Part shown: piece after piece, positions 38,172 through 50,885 of the stretch | Position numbering within the stretch: position 1 is the stretch's first letter | Layout: each line of letters begins with the position of its first letter | Assembly: GCA_002633005.1 (NCBI GenBank) | Contig: NMRA01000962.1 | Coordinates: forward strand, 23,789 to 87,788 | Source: Phoronis australis | Lineage: Eukaryota > Animalia > Phoronida | Reading direction: 5' to 3' | DNA length: 64,000 nt | Program-made: the position numbers and the translations under genes | The notes under the pieces: model-generated | What the model saw: the letters and a program-made list of their open reading frames with translations, nothing else | Database searches by the model: none | What the model was told of the DNA's origin: nothing

Positions 38172-40109
38172 CTGAGAAATTGAAGTAAACGGACTCGAAC
38201 TTCAAAGGGTTTCCCGTAACCGTAAAGCTGGTTGCCGACGCGAACGTAAACCGGCGCTCTCTAACCAACACGTGTATTCGAGTAGACAAGTACGAAATTT
38301 GAAGTAGGAGAAAATACATGTTGAAAAATACAGGCCAATAATCTAGAACAGACCTGCCACACGAATGTCATCTAAGTCGTTGAAGATGCAAACAACATAT
38401 CTATGAACAACTTACTCCATTTGTTCGCGCTGTTCAAAGTTGTGCAACTCGAACGTTTGAAATGCTTATGTCAAAAAACTTCTGCTCAGGCCGAATTACG
38501 TATTGATGCGCGAGAATGATACAGTGCAAATTTCCCAGGAAAAAATGTCGCGTCTAATGTTGGTTGCGTATTCAATAACTAATTTTTCATGAAATGAAAA
38601 GGCTTGAAATATTTATACTTTGTGCGGAATTCCATTATTAGGTGATTTGAGTTTGCTCCTTTGTCACAGATTACGTGCCCTTGTAGATATAAAAATAAGT
38701 CAACCGCAAAGTGTTACTTGTAGAACACTTGGTACTTCGACTTCAAATGTAAACAAGGTGGTCGGGATGTGGCACTTCAACCAGCAAGAAAAGAACACTT
38801 TTGTGTTGAAGAAAAAATGAGTTTTGTAGTATGAGAGACGGTGGTAAACTTTAGACCTGGTTAGTGTCAATTTCGGCAACTTAATTCTTAAATGCACAAC
38901 AGAAAACGTTAATAAGACGATACTTCCGGCGACCAGTGTTTCGGTGGACCCTGAAATGCGAATGACACAGTCGACAATACGAGTGGAAAAAGACCTCAAT
39001 GGTACGGGCACCCAGTCAACGACGGTCGTACTTTTAGTTTCTACTTTTTACGAGCCCATATCCGAGAATACGAGTGAGAATTTATGTCGATCCTCGTATT
39101 TTCGAGAGGACATTATTTTTTGACTGTGACGAGAGCTGTTGGTAAATTATAAACAGGAAGACCTCGCGGAAACAAGCCGTTGCTTAAACGGTAACAGTTT
39201 CAAGGCCTTTGCGCAGCGGAAAGTGCAAAAAATAGTTTTTAAACTATTTAAAAAATAAAAAATCCTACTTTGTAAATTCAATACTGCTTAATAAACTTAA
39301 TCCTGCTTAGAACAAAAAATCAATCTTACTTTGCACATTCAAGCTTTCATGTTCAATCCTATTTTATAAATTCAATCCTATTTCATGAATTCAAGCATTC
39401 AGTGAAATTTGATGCTTTGAGGTATTAAAACCATTTCTAAAATTTATTGATCGATTTACAGAATCCTGTTCTCTTCACCAGCCTTCATTAAACGTTTTGT
39501 ATTGAAACTTTGACGAACATACTTAAAACCGTGCCTGGGATTTTCCATAACTAGTGCCGATGTTTTCAAAAGCCTCAACATTTTCCTAAGAACAGTAACA
39601 TTCTTGGTTTTAAATAAAACACAAAAATGAAAGCTCTAATAAAAAATGAAACACGAGTTCAATATTAAACCACTGTGTTGTCAGAAAATTCAAACACGAT
39701 TACAATCCGTTGACTCCTCGAAATATCGTGTTCCGAACTTTGGAGTCGTGCTCGATCAGTAGTCGCTGAAAACTTAGTTTTGTATCAACAGTCGAACACT
39801 AGCCGTTGCGTTATCAATTTATGCTCCAAACTGCGCCTTACGGTCGTGACTGTGTTCCTTTCTTTCCTAAATTTACTAACGTGGAGAGAAGCCACTATGG
39901 TATTTTAATACTAAAACTTAATGCGCGCTGTTTGAAGTCGATCAGGTGATTCACCGTGGATGTGGTAAATGTACAGCAAGCCCACAGGTCAAACGCCATG
40001 TTTATCACGGAATAAATTGCATGAAATTACACAGACATATTCGCCGATAGCTGAGTGACGAAATATCATAACCTGGTATTGTATTTGTAGCAATTTTATG
40101 AAGTTTTCG

Positions 40110-40320
40110 TGTTGAACTGATGGTGGGTTTTCTAATTCGACGATCTTCAGTTGCAGGCCTTTGACCGCTTCGGCATTTAGTTCGACTTCGTCTGGAACAG
40201 GGAATTGAGCTTTGCATTCGGTTTACACGCGAGCTCCATCTTGCATTCGGACACATACGTTTCTGCACAGTCTGTTTTTATGAGGCATAACACTGAAAAA
40301 AAGTTCAGATCTTTTACTAT
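40110..40320 (-). pseudogene. Possible RING-finger (TRIM-like) remnant
   Basis: KDLNFFSVLCLIKTDCAETYV...LAC/TECKAQFPVPDEVELN; loosely matches KDP..L.CLH..C..C...L.CPEC...F.VP. Confidence 0.25.
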
Positions 40321-41504
40321 TTGCAGCTGTGGGTTGACAAGCAATAGAGCGGAAAACTTTTGTGCGACATTTGATTTCGATGACAGATTTCAAATAAATG
40401 AACTGTGAGTGTTGGTGATAGCCTTTCCAAAACTTTGCATTTTCACTAAGAAAATAATTGTATGAAACTGAATTTATTTGAATTTCTGGCGTATTTTGCT
40501 GCATGAGCAACCCGTATTTAAGAAATAACATTTTTGTGAAATACAGTAACACGTTAAGTTATAAACTCTCGTACCCGACTCGTCCCCCGCGAGATAAACT
40601 TAGGTATTACCTGACAATTCTTACGCCAGAACTTTTTTGTTCTTGTTGTAGTAATTCGTAACTTACAGTGAAATTCCGAAAATAGGCCCACAGGCAAACG
40701 ACCTTTCAAAATCGTCAAGTTATTAAGTTTTTTAAATGAACAAGTAAGTCCTTTTTAGTGTATGTAGTTACATTTCACTGTTAAGAACTCTTATTCGTCC
40801 CTACTTATTTCGCATTCAGCAAACACAGTTCGTTATAATTGTCTTTCATACTGTGCTAATGTGGTTAGTTATCAACAAAGACGCCCAATATCTAATCAAA
40901 CGATAGTCATTTGAGTGAATTGTAAAAGAACTGAGTGTGCAACACTGCTGTTGTCGAATGGAACTAGACTCGCTGAATTGATCCAAAAACCTGGTTTTGG
41001 TGGTATACTCCTTCAAAGCATTTAGTCTTCTTTTTATCGCCTGGGTAGATTTGCATCACTAAAATCAGATTTTCATGAATCATTTTAATGTTAACACTGT
41101 CCTTTGTTTTCTGATTTCTGACAGAGTAACACCATCAGTGATAGTGTTATCAAAGCAACAAATGTAGAGAACGTTATGCATGCATGCATTTTCAACCTTA
41201 ATGATACCTTTGAAAATCCAAAATTTATAACATTTTAAATGTCATTATAAAAGTAATCGTGTGTTATACATTGATGCTAGTTGCTAAAGACACAATTGTA
41301 ACATTTCATGATCTCGTTACACCATTTATTTTTTCCAAAACATAATATGCAAACAATTACATCTTATTATATGGCACAAGTCCTCTTCGTATGTACCTGA
41401 CAACCCAATTAAAATATTAAACAGCTTATTATTTAAAATGATTTATTCTTATTAAAATGACATAGGCAAAAAATTGAATTTCAGGCCTCAAAAGCGAGGC
41501 CACC

Positions 41505-42060
41505 TATATTCTATATAGAACGCCCCGCCGAAAGGCGGCCAGAGAGCGGGGCCCTCCTATATTAACATAGGAGCCCGCCAAAAGGCGGCCGGAGAGCGGG
41601 CGCCCCCCCATATTAATATAGGGGCCCCGCCGAAAGGTGGCCGATGAGCGGGGCCTTCTATATTAATATAGAAGGCCCCGCTCTCCGACCACCTTTTGGC
41701 GAGGCCCCCCTATAATAATATAGGCGACCTCGCCGAAAGGCGGCCGGAGAGTGGGGCCCTCTATATTAATATAGAAGGCCCCGCCGAAAGGCAGTCAGAG
41801 AGTGGGGCACTCTATAATAATATAGAGGCCCCGCTCTCCGGCCGCCTTTCAGCGAGGCCGCCCGTATTATTATAGGAGGCCTCGCTGAAAGGCGATTGAA
41901 AAGCAAGGCCCCTATATTAATATAGGGGGCCTCACCGGAAGGCAGCTGGAGACCGGGTCCCCTATGGACCCCGCTCTCCGGCCGTCTTCTGGCGAGGCTT
42001 TCTATATTAATATGAGTGACCTCGCCCGACGAGCGAGGCCGTCAATTTTAATATAGGCAG
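41505..42060. repeat. ~53-bp hairpin/palindrome minisatellite with units in both orientations
   Basis: About 10 units alternating CTATATTAATATAG palindromes and CCGCCGAAAGGCGG hairpins; some units inverted (e.g. ~41677-41705, ~41828-41860, ~41967-41998). Confidence 0.85.
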
Positions 42061-43199
42061 CCCACTTGAAGGGAGCTACAGGGTCTATAGGCTGCCGAAA
42101 AGCAAAGTGCGTTACATTATTAGGATACCCAACATTAGTTTGGAGGCACCACTGTTTGACTACCTTGGGTCACGGCCCCTGACTATTACAGGAGGTCCCA
42201 ATGTTCATACAACTCGTGGTTTCCTGTAAAATTGCATAATTGGCCCACTTTTTGACTGGCTTTAGGTAAGGCTCCCTATCATAATACAAACATCTTTGTT
42301 CTTCAGTCGCCTTCGGGCTGGGCCCCTCCAATCACATGACAGAAAATGAATGGGCACGAAAATCATAGCCCATGTCTTCAAGTCAATTAAGACTTTCCAT
42401 CACCACACAATGGACCTCGAGCTTTAATAAAAACCTCAAACGTAAGTTTGTAGATTCTATCAACTTCAAGTGTTAGGTATTTTGAGGGCTCACTGTGCTT
42501 TTCCAGCCAGTGCACTGCCTGTGATGATAAAATATTGCCACACAAGGGGACAAAACATGTATTAAATTTTGCAAAAAAATAACTTATCGATCAGCTTGTT
42601 GATGATTGTCTCATTGTTGTACAAAATATCTTGTTTGGAAGACAAATGATTGTTGTCCGGTGATACACCCTATGGCCTTTCACAATTTTGAGCATTCCCC
42701 TTTCCTTTAACATATTTTGTTCTTACTGGAAAGAACAATGGAATTTGTGCATTTTATTTATTGTGCCAATGTCATACTTACATGTAAGCCAATGTTTTGT
42801 TTGATTTCATAATATTGCGGGTGTCAATAAATGACAATTAAGCAATGATTCATTATTAAGTTTTGACATGTGAACTATCATTATATAAAATGCATCGTTT
42901 TACACAAACTCCGTGTCCCCCGCTCCAATACAGACCTTTGTTGCGTCCGTTTTGGCACCGTCCTGGTCCCAGGTATTGCACCGGCCCACTATTTGGATTC
43001 GAGGTGTTCTATTTTTTCTCGCGGGCCGTTTTTTCGCGGACGCGGAGGGAGGGTGGCCAGTTTCGTACTGGCCTTGGTGACGTCAGTCGGTCGGCTCAAA
43101 GGCCTGGGTGACGTCACTTCGTTGGCTTTATTTCACTTCCCCCCTTCTGTCGTGTCGAGCCTGCCGCCGCCAAAATTAATGATGCTTCATTAAAATTGT

Positions 43200-43745
43200 T
43201 TACTCTTCCTTGAGTAAACTAAATTATTACCGGGGTGTTGGAAAATTGGAGTTCTTCAGTTATTCTGCTGCTAAAATTGCGATTCGCTCTTTGGGCGCCA
43301 TTGCGTCACTTATCGGGCCAATTTCCTTGTTCTTCAATCAACTGTGTAGGTTGCGTACATGTCATAACAATCGGAAGTGGTTTCATTTCGTTACAAGTTT
43401 TTACTATATCAATACCAAAAAAAACAATTTCAGAAAATATTCTCGAGAGATATCGCAAAGTTTTGGAAAAAAGCGCGTATATGCGCGTGTCACGAGACTG
43501 CACTGTTTTCAAAACGACGGCAGGATTTTCCTTTATTAAAAAAGGCGGAGAATTACGAAAAATAACGTTTATTAGATTTCGTTTACTTCTATAAATGGCT
43601 GTAACGGGCACTGTGAATGTCGATTCATTCCCAGATTCTGCATGCACCCCTGCAGGTTGTTAACTCTAAGTTTCACGACGAGGTGACGAGCTAAGCACCT
43701 GGGTTGTGTGAAATTTCGGTGTCTATCGGAGCTCTACACACGACT
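43200..43745 (+). repeat. Left arm of diverged ~550-600-bp inverted repeat
   Basis: Colinear with reverse complement of 47625-48243 (e.g. gagtaaactaaattatt, gcgcgtgtcac, gtttattagattt, tgcatgcac, tgtgtgaaatttcgg). Confidence 0.75.
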
Positions 43746-43845
43746 ACCTAGCTGTATGTTGACAACAGTTTTCATACAGCTAGCTCAGTGGCTTTCTACC
43801 TCAGTAGGCTATGTACATTTATGATGCAACTTTTGTAAATACATC

Positions 43846-44006
43846 CTGGGGCGGATCCAGGATTTTGAGTTTGGGGGGACGGCACTAATAGAGTATTAGC
43901 CAGAATTTTGCCCTTCAGACATTTGCACTCCCGAACTGCCAAATGGAAGCTGCGAGAATTTTATGGGGGGAATGGCCCCCTTGGCCCCCCTCTAAATCCG
44001 CCACTG
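43846..44006. mobile_element. Short MITE (GGCGGATCC-type TIRs)
   Basis: CTGGGGCGGATCCAG ... CTAAATCCGCCACTG, flanked by ACATC on both sides; related termini at ~54683-54844 and ~59263-59470. Confidence 0.65.
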
Positions 44007-45542
44007 ACATCTATAATCTTCGTGTACTATACAATATTTTAAAAGCATTCTTAGTTTTCACTTTAAACTGAAGAATATCTGATTACCGTACTTTGTGTTA
44101 CGGCAGGGTTAGATGTCTGGAAAGAAATTTCTACTGCCTAGGGAAAGAATCCCACAGCCGCACACCTACTAAAATCTGACAGGTGACAGAAATTTTGCTT
44201 TAAGCTTTGAACACGGTCTCTTCAAGAAGTATTCCTTTCTCTCAGTGCGATGAACACTCGAGCGGTCCACTCTTAGGAGTAGCTATTTCCCCTCGCGTTT
44301 CCAACTAACTGGGTAACGGATAGTGATTGAAACAAAATTGAAAAGTGAATAGATTGGTTCCTCGTCCTCCAACCATCAAATGGCTCCTATGCCTATACCC
44401 TATTGCTCAGCCCCTCCACTATGAGGGTAATAAACCAATATTCTAAAAGTTATTTCCAACCCTTTCCCTTTGGCATCATGGTGGCACAAACACGGAAAAC
44501 ATTTTCATCTAATGGACCTATTTACTGAAAATCGCAAACCGGCCTATGATTTAAAAAATTGTCAGTTATACACATCGGCTGTAGATCAAGGGAATTTTGT
44601 CTGCATGTACGTTGTGAACGTACATTGTCCGCAGATGAGGTAACAAGTTTTGAAATTCAGTACGATTCCAAGTTCAACCACAACAAAAACATGGCCATGG
44701 GTTTATTTCTGGTTACATTCGAAGTCTCCTAACTCAAAGCTACACAAGATACGTACTTCACTCAACTGCATGTCTTGTTTGGTAACAGCTGGGCTGTTTT
44801 GCAACAAAAAAAACTTTTGCTTCATAATTTGTACTCAATATTAGGCAGCCGGTAAGCATCACCCTGGATGCCGCAGGCATACAGGGGCGGTGAGTACATC
44901 CCATAAAAAGTTACTAATTTCAAAATACACGAAATAAAATTAAATGAAATTAGCATATATGCACATGGAGTTATACTTAGCACATACCATCAGTCTGGAG
45001 AAGATTCAGTTAAGATAATTTAAAGAAATCGTTGAAAATCTGTCGCGGTTTGCTTGACTTTTTCTTGGGGTGCCATTTTGAGGAAGTTACGTGAAATCCC
45101 TGATGTTGGCGAATAAAAAGTCCAAGGGACACAAATCTTGAAAATTTAACCTGATACCTTCCCACGCTTGTTTGCGTCATGCGCCAGCGTCACGCGCTTC
45201 GCTCAGTCTCGCGCTATAGCCTGCCTACTTTGTAGTTATCGCGTGCGTGGTGAAAAAGTTAACGGGTGACCAAAAAAGTGGAGTTGGAATTCTTCGCCTT
45301 TGTCAGCTTAATTCTCGTAACTAAGCTTCATCGAAGATATGTGTAAAAGTAGAAAGGACCACTGAAGAAAGTAAGCTCTTTTTTAAATGATAGATTTAAG
45401 TGTGAAATGTATTTTTGACCAGGTGAAAACTCCAAATCAGTCGCCGGATTTGGCCTACCGCCCGTTTAAAATATATGGGACGAAATTCATACAGAAAGCG
45501 ATGGGAAGTATTGCAGCTATTGCAGCCCGTAAATGCCAACCG

Positions 45543-45587
45543 AGGGGCTACGTGTTGCTTAAGCAGATAGTAGCCCCTAATTACTAG
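45543..45587 (+). mobile_element. Helitron-like 3' terminus (hairpin plus CTAG)
   Basis: AGGGGCTAC-gtgtTGCTTAAGCAgata-GTAGCCCCT hairpin, 5 nt spacer, CTAG|T. Confidence 0.45.
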
Positions 45588-46969
45588 TGTGACCCACTGG
45601 AGCTACGTCGCATGTAAACCGGTGGAGTTGCCCAATCTTGACTGGTGAGGGTGTCCGTAATGTTGGATATTCTAATCATGCTGTTTTCGATAAATTCTCG
45701 TTGGGATATATCTGATCTTCCAGTATGATCATAGCGATCTCTTATCTACAAGTTATTTCAAAGTTTTAGAATAAGGTAATGGACTTCCCTAAATATTTTA
45801 AAACAGGAGGTGATCAAAAACTAGCCATAACGTAACCAATTCATCAGTTCTAAAAATCACAGTGACTTTACTTTCAGCATAAAAGAGGAAGTCCACTGGG
45901 TTTTATTGTCATGTCAATGTGCTGACCTACAAATTGTTCTAAGTGCATGTCACATTCTAGCTCCTCACACTGTTTGTTCAACATAACAACTGCCAGGGCT
46001 GGGAAACATCAATCTGTAGAGAACTTTCACCTCTACTCAGAAAACTTATACTTAAATTCAAAACTAATTTGCATCCAAAAAAAGGAAAAGAAAGAATTAC
46101 TTTAGTTTAGATATGGGTTTGTTTCGAATTTTTTTTAAAAATTGTCTTTAGTCAAAAAGCCCACATTTGATGATAAAAAGTGAGATATTTGGCATGCTAC
46201 TGTAAAAGAATGTAATTTGTTGGAGATTGGATGCTACAACAAAATTATATTATCCCAATAAGCACTGTTGAAGAAAAAATGGAGTAGTTGACTAACGGCA
46301 ACCTTTAATTTAACATAGGCAAAAGCTAGTGTGTGTTCTAAATATCTTTTTAAGGTTTCTAGTGCCAAATGATGTTTTGTGGATTTTCCAAGCTATTGTT
46401 TAACTTCCGAGATTTATGCCATGGGTGTAATACAGCTGACTGGTAAATGATAAAACTTGCATGCTTCTACATAAATTCCTCACGTAGGTGTTCCCATCCC
46501 AAAATTCACTGAAAAGTTCAATTTGTCTCGAGATTTAGCAAAGTTGTGCATTGAACCACAACAAGAAATGAGGCCACCTGCTGCACTGTATTTATTAATA
46601 TTACTATCGCGCATTGTTTGTTTGATCAAGAGTGTACTTAACACAAAGCTTCATTAGAAATAGTCTGTTGAATCGTGACAGAAATTGCAGGGAATTTGAG
46701 CAAAAGTAACATAATCAGAATGTTGATTGTCAAAAAGTCCCGCAAAGCTAGGGGGAATTACATTAGAAATTCAACGATTTAACCAGTTTAAGGAAACGTA
46801 GGGATATAGGGGGACTCGAGTTTTTGGGTTTGCGGACCTTATTACTTAAAATACGGGATTTGTTCAAGGCCTATGAATTGCATGTGCATTCACCCCCCCN
46901 CTAAATCCACTACTGTTCTCAACAGTATGAGAGAAACTCTCCAATGTAGCAAAATATCTTAAAACAAGG

Positions 46970-47380
46970 TCATGAACATTCCCACTAAATGAGGTTGTCA
47001 AACCCTACTGATCAGGGAAAACAGTGGGCCCCTGGTTCAACAGATTGAACTAGAGGGTATTTATCCACCTTGAATGTGTTGCACTGGCTGGGTTGAGGAT
47101 CAAAGGATACCTCCTAGCTGCTCTGTTCATCCAGTCACTTTTGAGGATAATTGGCTTCGCTCATGCGAATATGATCAGCTGATTACAATCTAGCCTAGAT
47201 GACCATACTTTTTATGGAGAGCATTTTGTGTAGTTTTTGATGCAATATTTGAAAAGATGAGTGAAATAAATAATTCGTAAAACTTTTAATTTTTCAAATC
47301 AGCCCAGGAGAATGATTTTGCAACACAGCAACTCCCAGGATTACGTTTATTCGGCACAAAACAATAGGACCCAAGTTAGG
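46970..47380 (+). repeat. Dispersed ~400-bp repeat (second copy 51428-51822)
   Basis: Shared atgaacattcccactaaat...gaggataattggcttcgctca...tatgatcagctgattacaatctagc...ataggacccaagtta. Confidence 0.8.
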
Positions 47381-47624
47381 ATAGTATAAATGTAGACCTA
47401 CCGATACTCGGTGTGTTACTTAGATTTTGAGCATAACCTATTTTCTCGGTGATCTTAAAATCAATTTTGGCACGTAAAAATGGCGGTAAAATTTTGCGAC
47501 CTGGCATTTATGAATGGGTGCTGGATTTTGAAAATGCTACCTGGGATTTTGGCTGGGTTGCAAAATGCGATCTGCCGATTTTCATTAGTCTTCATATAGC
47601 TATCTGGGTGCCTTAGGTACCACT

Positions 47625-48243
47625 GTGTATCTCTGTTAGACCCCGAAATTTCACACAGCTCCTGTAGTTCTACTTATATATATTATTAACATGTAGAGCG
47701 TAGGAGTATTACGCTGTACTACTCCGTGGTGCAATTAACGACCGTCGGCGTGTGCATGCAAAATCTAGGAAATAGCCGACACTCACCTAGCCCTTTGTAG
47801 CCGTTAAAGTAAAAAAATCTAATAAACATCATTTTGTTGCATAATTCTTTGTCTTTTTGTAACAAAGAAAAGTCCGTCATCGTTTCGCTTGTGACACGCG
47901 CACACGCCATTTATTAATTTGCGACATCTCTCAGGATATGCTGACAGCTTCGCAGCAGCAAATTTTGTTCTAAAATTCAGTTTCCTGGTATTAAAATACT
48001 GAAAACTTGTAACGAAATAACACCAGTTCCGATAATTTGTTGTGACATGTACTCAACCTAGTGGGAGAACAGTAGATTGAGGAATTGGTGAATAAAGAAA
48101 CTGGCCAATTGGTAATACAATGTTTTATGGCGCCGAAAGCCAAGCAAAAGATCGCATCACAATTTTAGCTGCAGAATAATGGAAGAACAACGCCAATTTT
48201 TCTAACACTGCGGTAAATAATTAAGTTTACTCCAGTAAGAGTG
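47625..48243 (-). repeat. Right arm of diverged inverted repeat (partner 43200-43745)
   Basis: Same anchors in reverse order and strand. Confidence 0.75.
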
Positions 48244-50503
48244 TCGTTTTTGGTGACTAATTTTTTGTAACATTTTTGGTTATTTTTTACCTGCATCGCT
48301 GTAAAGCTGTATACCTAGTATACAACTTTGCACCAAGGCTTGGTGATGCTGCGAGATATTTTTTGTTGCTCATACAGATTGTTGCTAATTTTTGCTTATT
48401 TTCATAACCTATGAGGATAGTGGAAATAACAATGTTGCAATTTGAATTTTAATGTTTGCTTAATTCAGAAAATCAGAGGTCAGTATACCTTGACTTTTTG
48501 AAATGCTTAAGGCCAAAGAGTAGCTGATGCCCACCCTCTCAAAATTGCCCTGAAGGTATTAACTCTACCATACAGCTTTATTTACCTGGTCTTGGCTAAT
48601 TATCATTTTATGGCCTGGTAATCCATTCAGCCAAAAGTAGGTCCATAGGTTGCTTATCAGCCAATTATACCTGCATGCTGACTCACAATAGAAGCCTGAT
48701 AAGAGGGGAGGTGGATACATACAGTGTACCTATAGTTTCTTGTTGTAGTGGATTTGTTCAGGACATGACTTTAACCAAGTAAAAGTATACAGTGTCTGAA
48801 ATAAGGCCGTAGAATTTGGTGTTTGGCTTAATGACTTGACACCTTTTATTCTTTGGGTGACATGAGCATATCAGTTTCATTGAAATTTAGCTACAAAGAA
48901 AGGCACATCCCTGGGAAAAAGTGGTATAATTCACAAGACCAAACTTTGCTTGATATACATGCAAGATAAGCTCTCAAAAATGTTGTTAACATTTTTTTAG
49001 TTATCACTTCATTTTTGCTTTATGCAACTTGTTGGAAAATCATATCTAGGTGCAACAACATCCCTAAAAATTGTTAATTTTTGTAAAATTTCAAAAATAA
49101 ACCACAAATACATACCTAACCACAGAAAGCTCTGAATTTATTGCTCCTTGTTTTAAGATTTTTCTCTCAGTCGTTTTAAGTATACCTCTATTGCACTTTA
49201 TTTCAATTTTCAATGGAACCTACTCTTCAACACCTTTGCTGATTTAAAACATGATTTCAACAATCCTATTATTTAAACCATGTCACAAATTCTTGTGACC
49301 TACTCTTGCAGCTCAACAGAATTTGCAAAATAATTCCAGTATTGCCTTGAGTCAAAGGGAGGTTTAGTTCTTTTAATATTCTCTTAAGCTATTGTAAACA
49401 AATCTGAAGTGACACAACAAGATAATTTCAACCAAGCATGGGTCATTCCATTGCTATAACCACCATTTGTTACTTATGTTGAAATGCTTAACCTGCTAGG
49501 TTATGTTTGATCAATGCCTAGCTGTTCCTGTAACACAACTTGGATAAGTATATCACAAGGGGCAGCTTTTACAATCGAGCTTTTGATCTATCTGTGAGGC
49601 CATATTTATACTTGGAAGTATGACTGAGATTTCCATGGTGTTTTGCTACCATAATCATTATATCCACTTAGAAATTGGTTTGCAGGTCACGTGAGTTCTG
49701 AAACGTTAAACGCTAGTACCTTTACGCTTAAAATTTTCACTCATAATTTTTTGTTTGTAATTTTGCGCTCTTGTTTTTGGACACTCGCATTTTGCGCATG
49801 TTATGAAGGGTTAGGTACGAGGAAGCACACGAATACAAAAGGTTTAAAATATCAAAAACTGACAATTTTTTAACTTAGTCTAGGTCGTAGTTATGCTCAT
49901 AATAATGAGCGAACAATTTTTGTTGAAAAATAAACTAAGTCTCGGCCGTAAATACAAGTGAACAATTCTATTCGCAATGTCAACTCGTTGAGTATACGTA
50001 CACCACAGATCATATATTTTGTTCGACTACAGGTTGCCAATGAGTCGATGGCGGGTCGTCAAAATAGCCAAACAATAGGCCAATTTTTAACTGACGTCCA
50101 TGCTGAGCATACATCAGCCAATCCAGTTTTACGGTGGTTTGCTGCTATTTTTCGGCTAGAATTCAGTTGCTTAAGAGGTTGTGCTGTCCTCACATTTGCA
50201 CTGGGATCGTCTGCGCACAGGATGAAATCAATTAACCTAGTTTAATATGCGACTGCTATACAAGTTCACATTGGTTGCATAACACATGAAGGTTTAAGGT
50301 GAGCGGTAACCGTACACAAGATAATGGATATTGCAACCTGTTTTGAAAACAAGACGTGAAAGTTTTCTCCATATTCGCGTTACGGTCAATACAACACCAT
50401 GTTCAATTTGAAAAACTTTTAACGAAGTGTCCATTCACACATTTTGTTTGTGTTAGGTAGAATTGCTGCTGCATTCTTAAAGTTTTGCTTCAGCACAGAC
50501 ACG

Positions 50504-50885
50504 CCCTTACAAAAATGAACTTAAGTTTTTCGCTGAAAACTTAAGTTTTTGGCGAAAAAACCTAAGTTTTTGGAAAATAACTTAAGTATTGGAGGAAAAA
50601 ATTAAGTTCTTCCGAAAAACTTAAGTTTTTGAAAGAAACTTAAGTTTTTATAACTTAAGTTTTTCGCCAAAAACTTAATATTTTCAGCACAATGTTAAGT
50701 TTTTCAGAAAACTTAAGTTTTTACAAATAAACTTAAGTTTCAAGTAATAACTTAAATTTTCGTGAAAACTTAAGTTTTTCGTACTAACAAACCTTAAGTT
50801 TTTCTGATAACTTAACTTTATCACAAAACTTAAGTTTTTGTAATTTTAAAAACTTGAGTTTTCCTGACTTCTTAAGTTTTTCAGA
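50504..50885 (+). repeat. Terminus CCCTTACAAAAATG plus array of palindromic AAAACTTAAGTTTT subterminal repeats (CACTA/EnSpm-like end)
   Basis: About 17 AACTTAAGTT units; same terminus recurs at 52451(+) and 58871(-). Confidence 0.75.

Noticed and set aside
37765-38319. 184-aa ORF with SIDL heptad repeats (leucine-zipper-like)
   Set aside because: Repeats are the translation of the 21-bp minisatellite
41505-42060. CRISPR array or hammerhead array (CCGATGAG...CGAAA look-alike)
   Set aside because: No unique spacers and no cas genes; cores read CCGA/CCGG not CUGA, and there is no stem III/UH site
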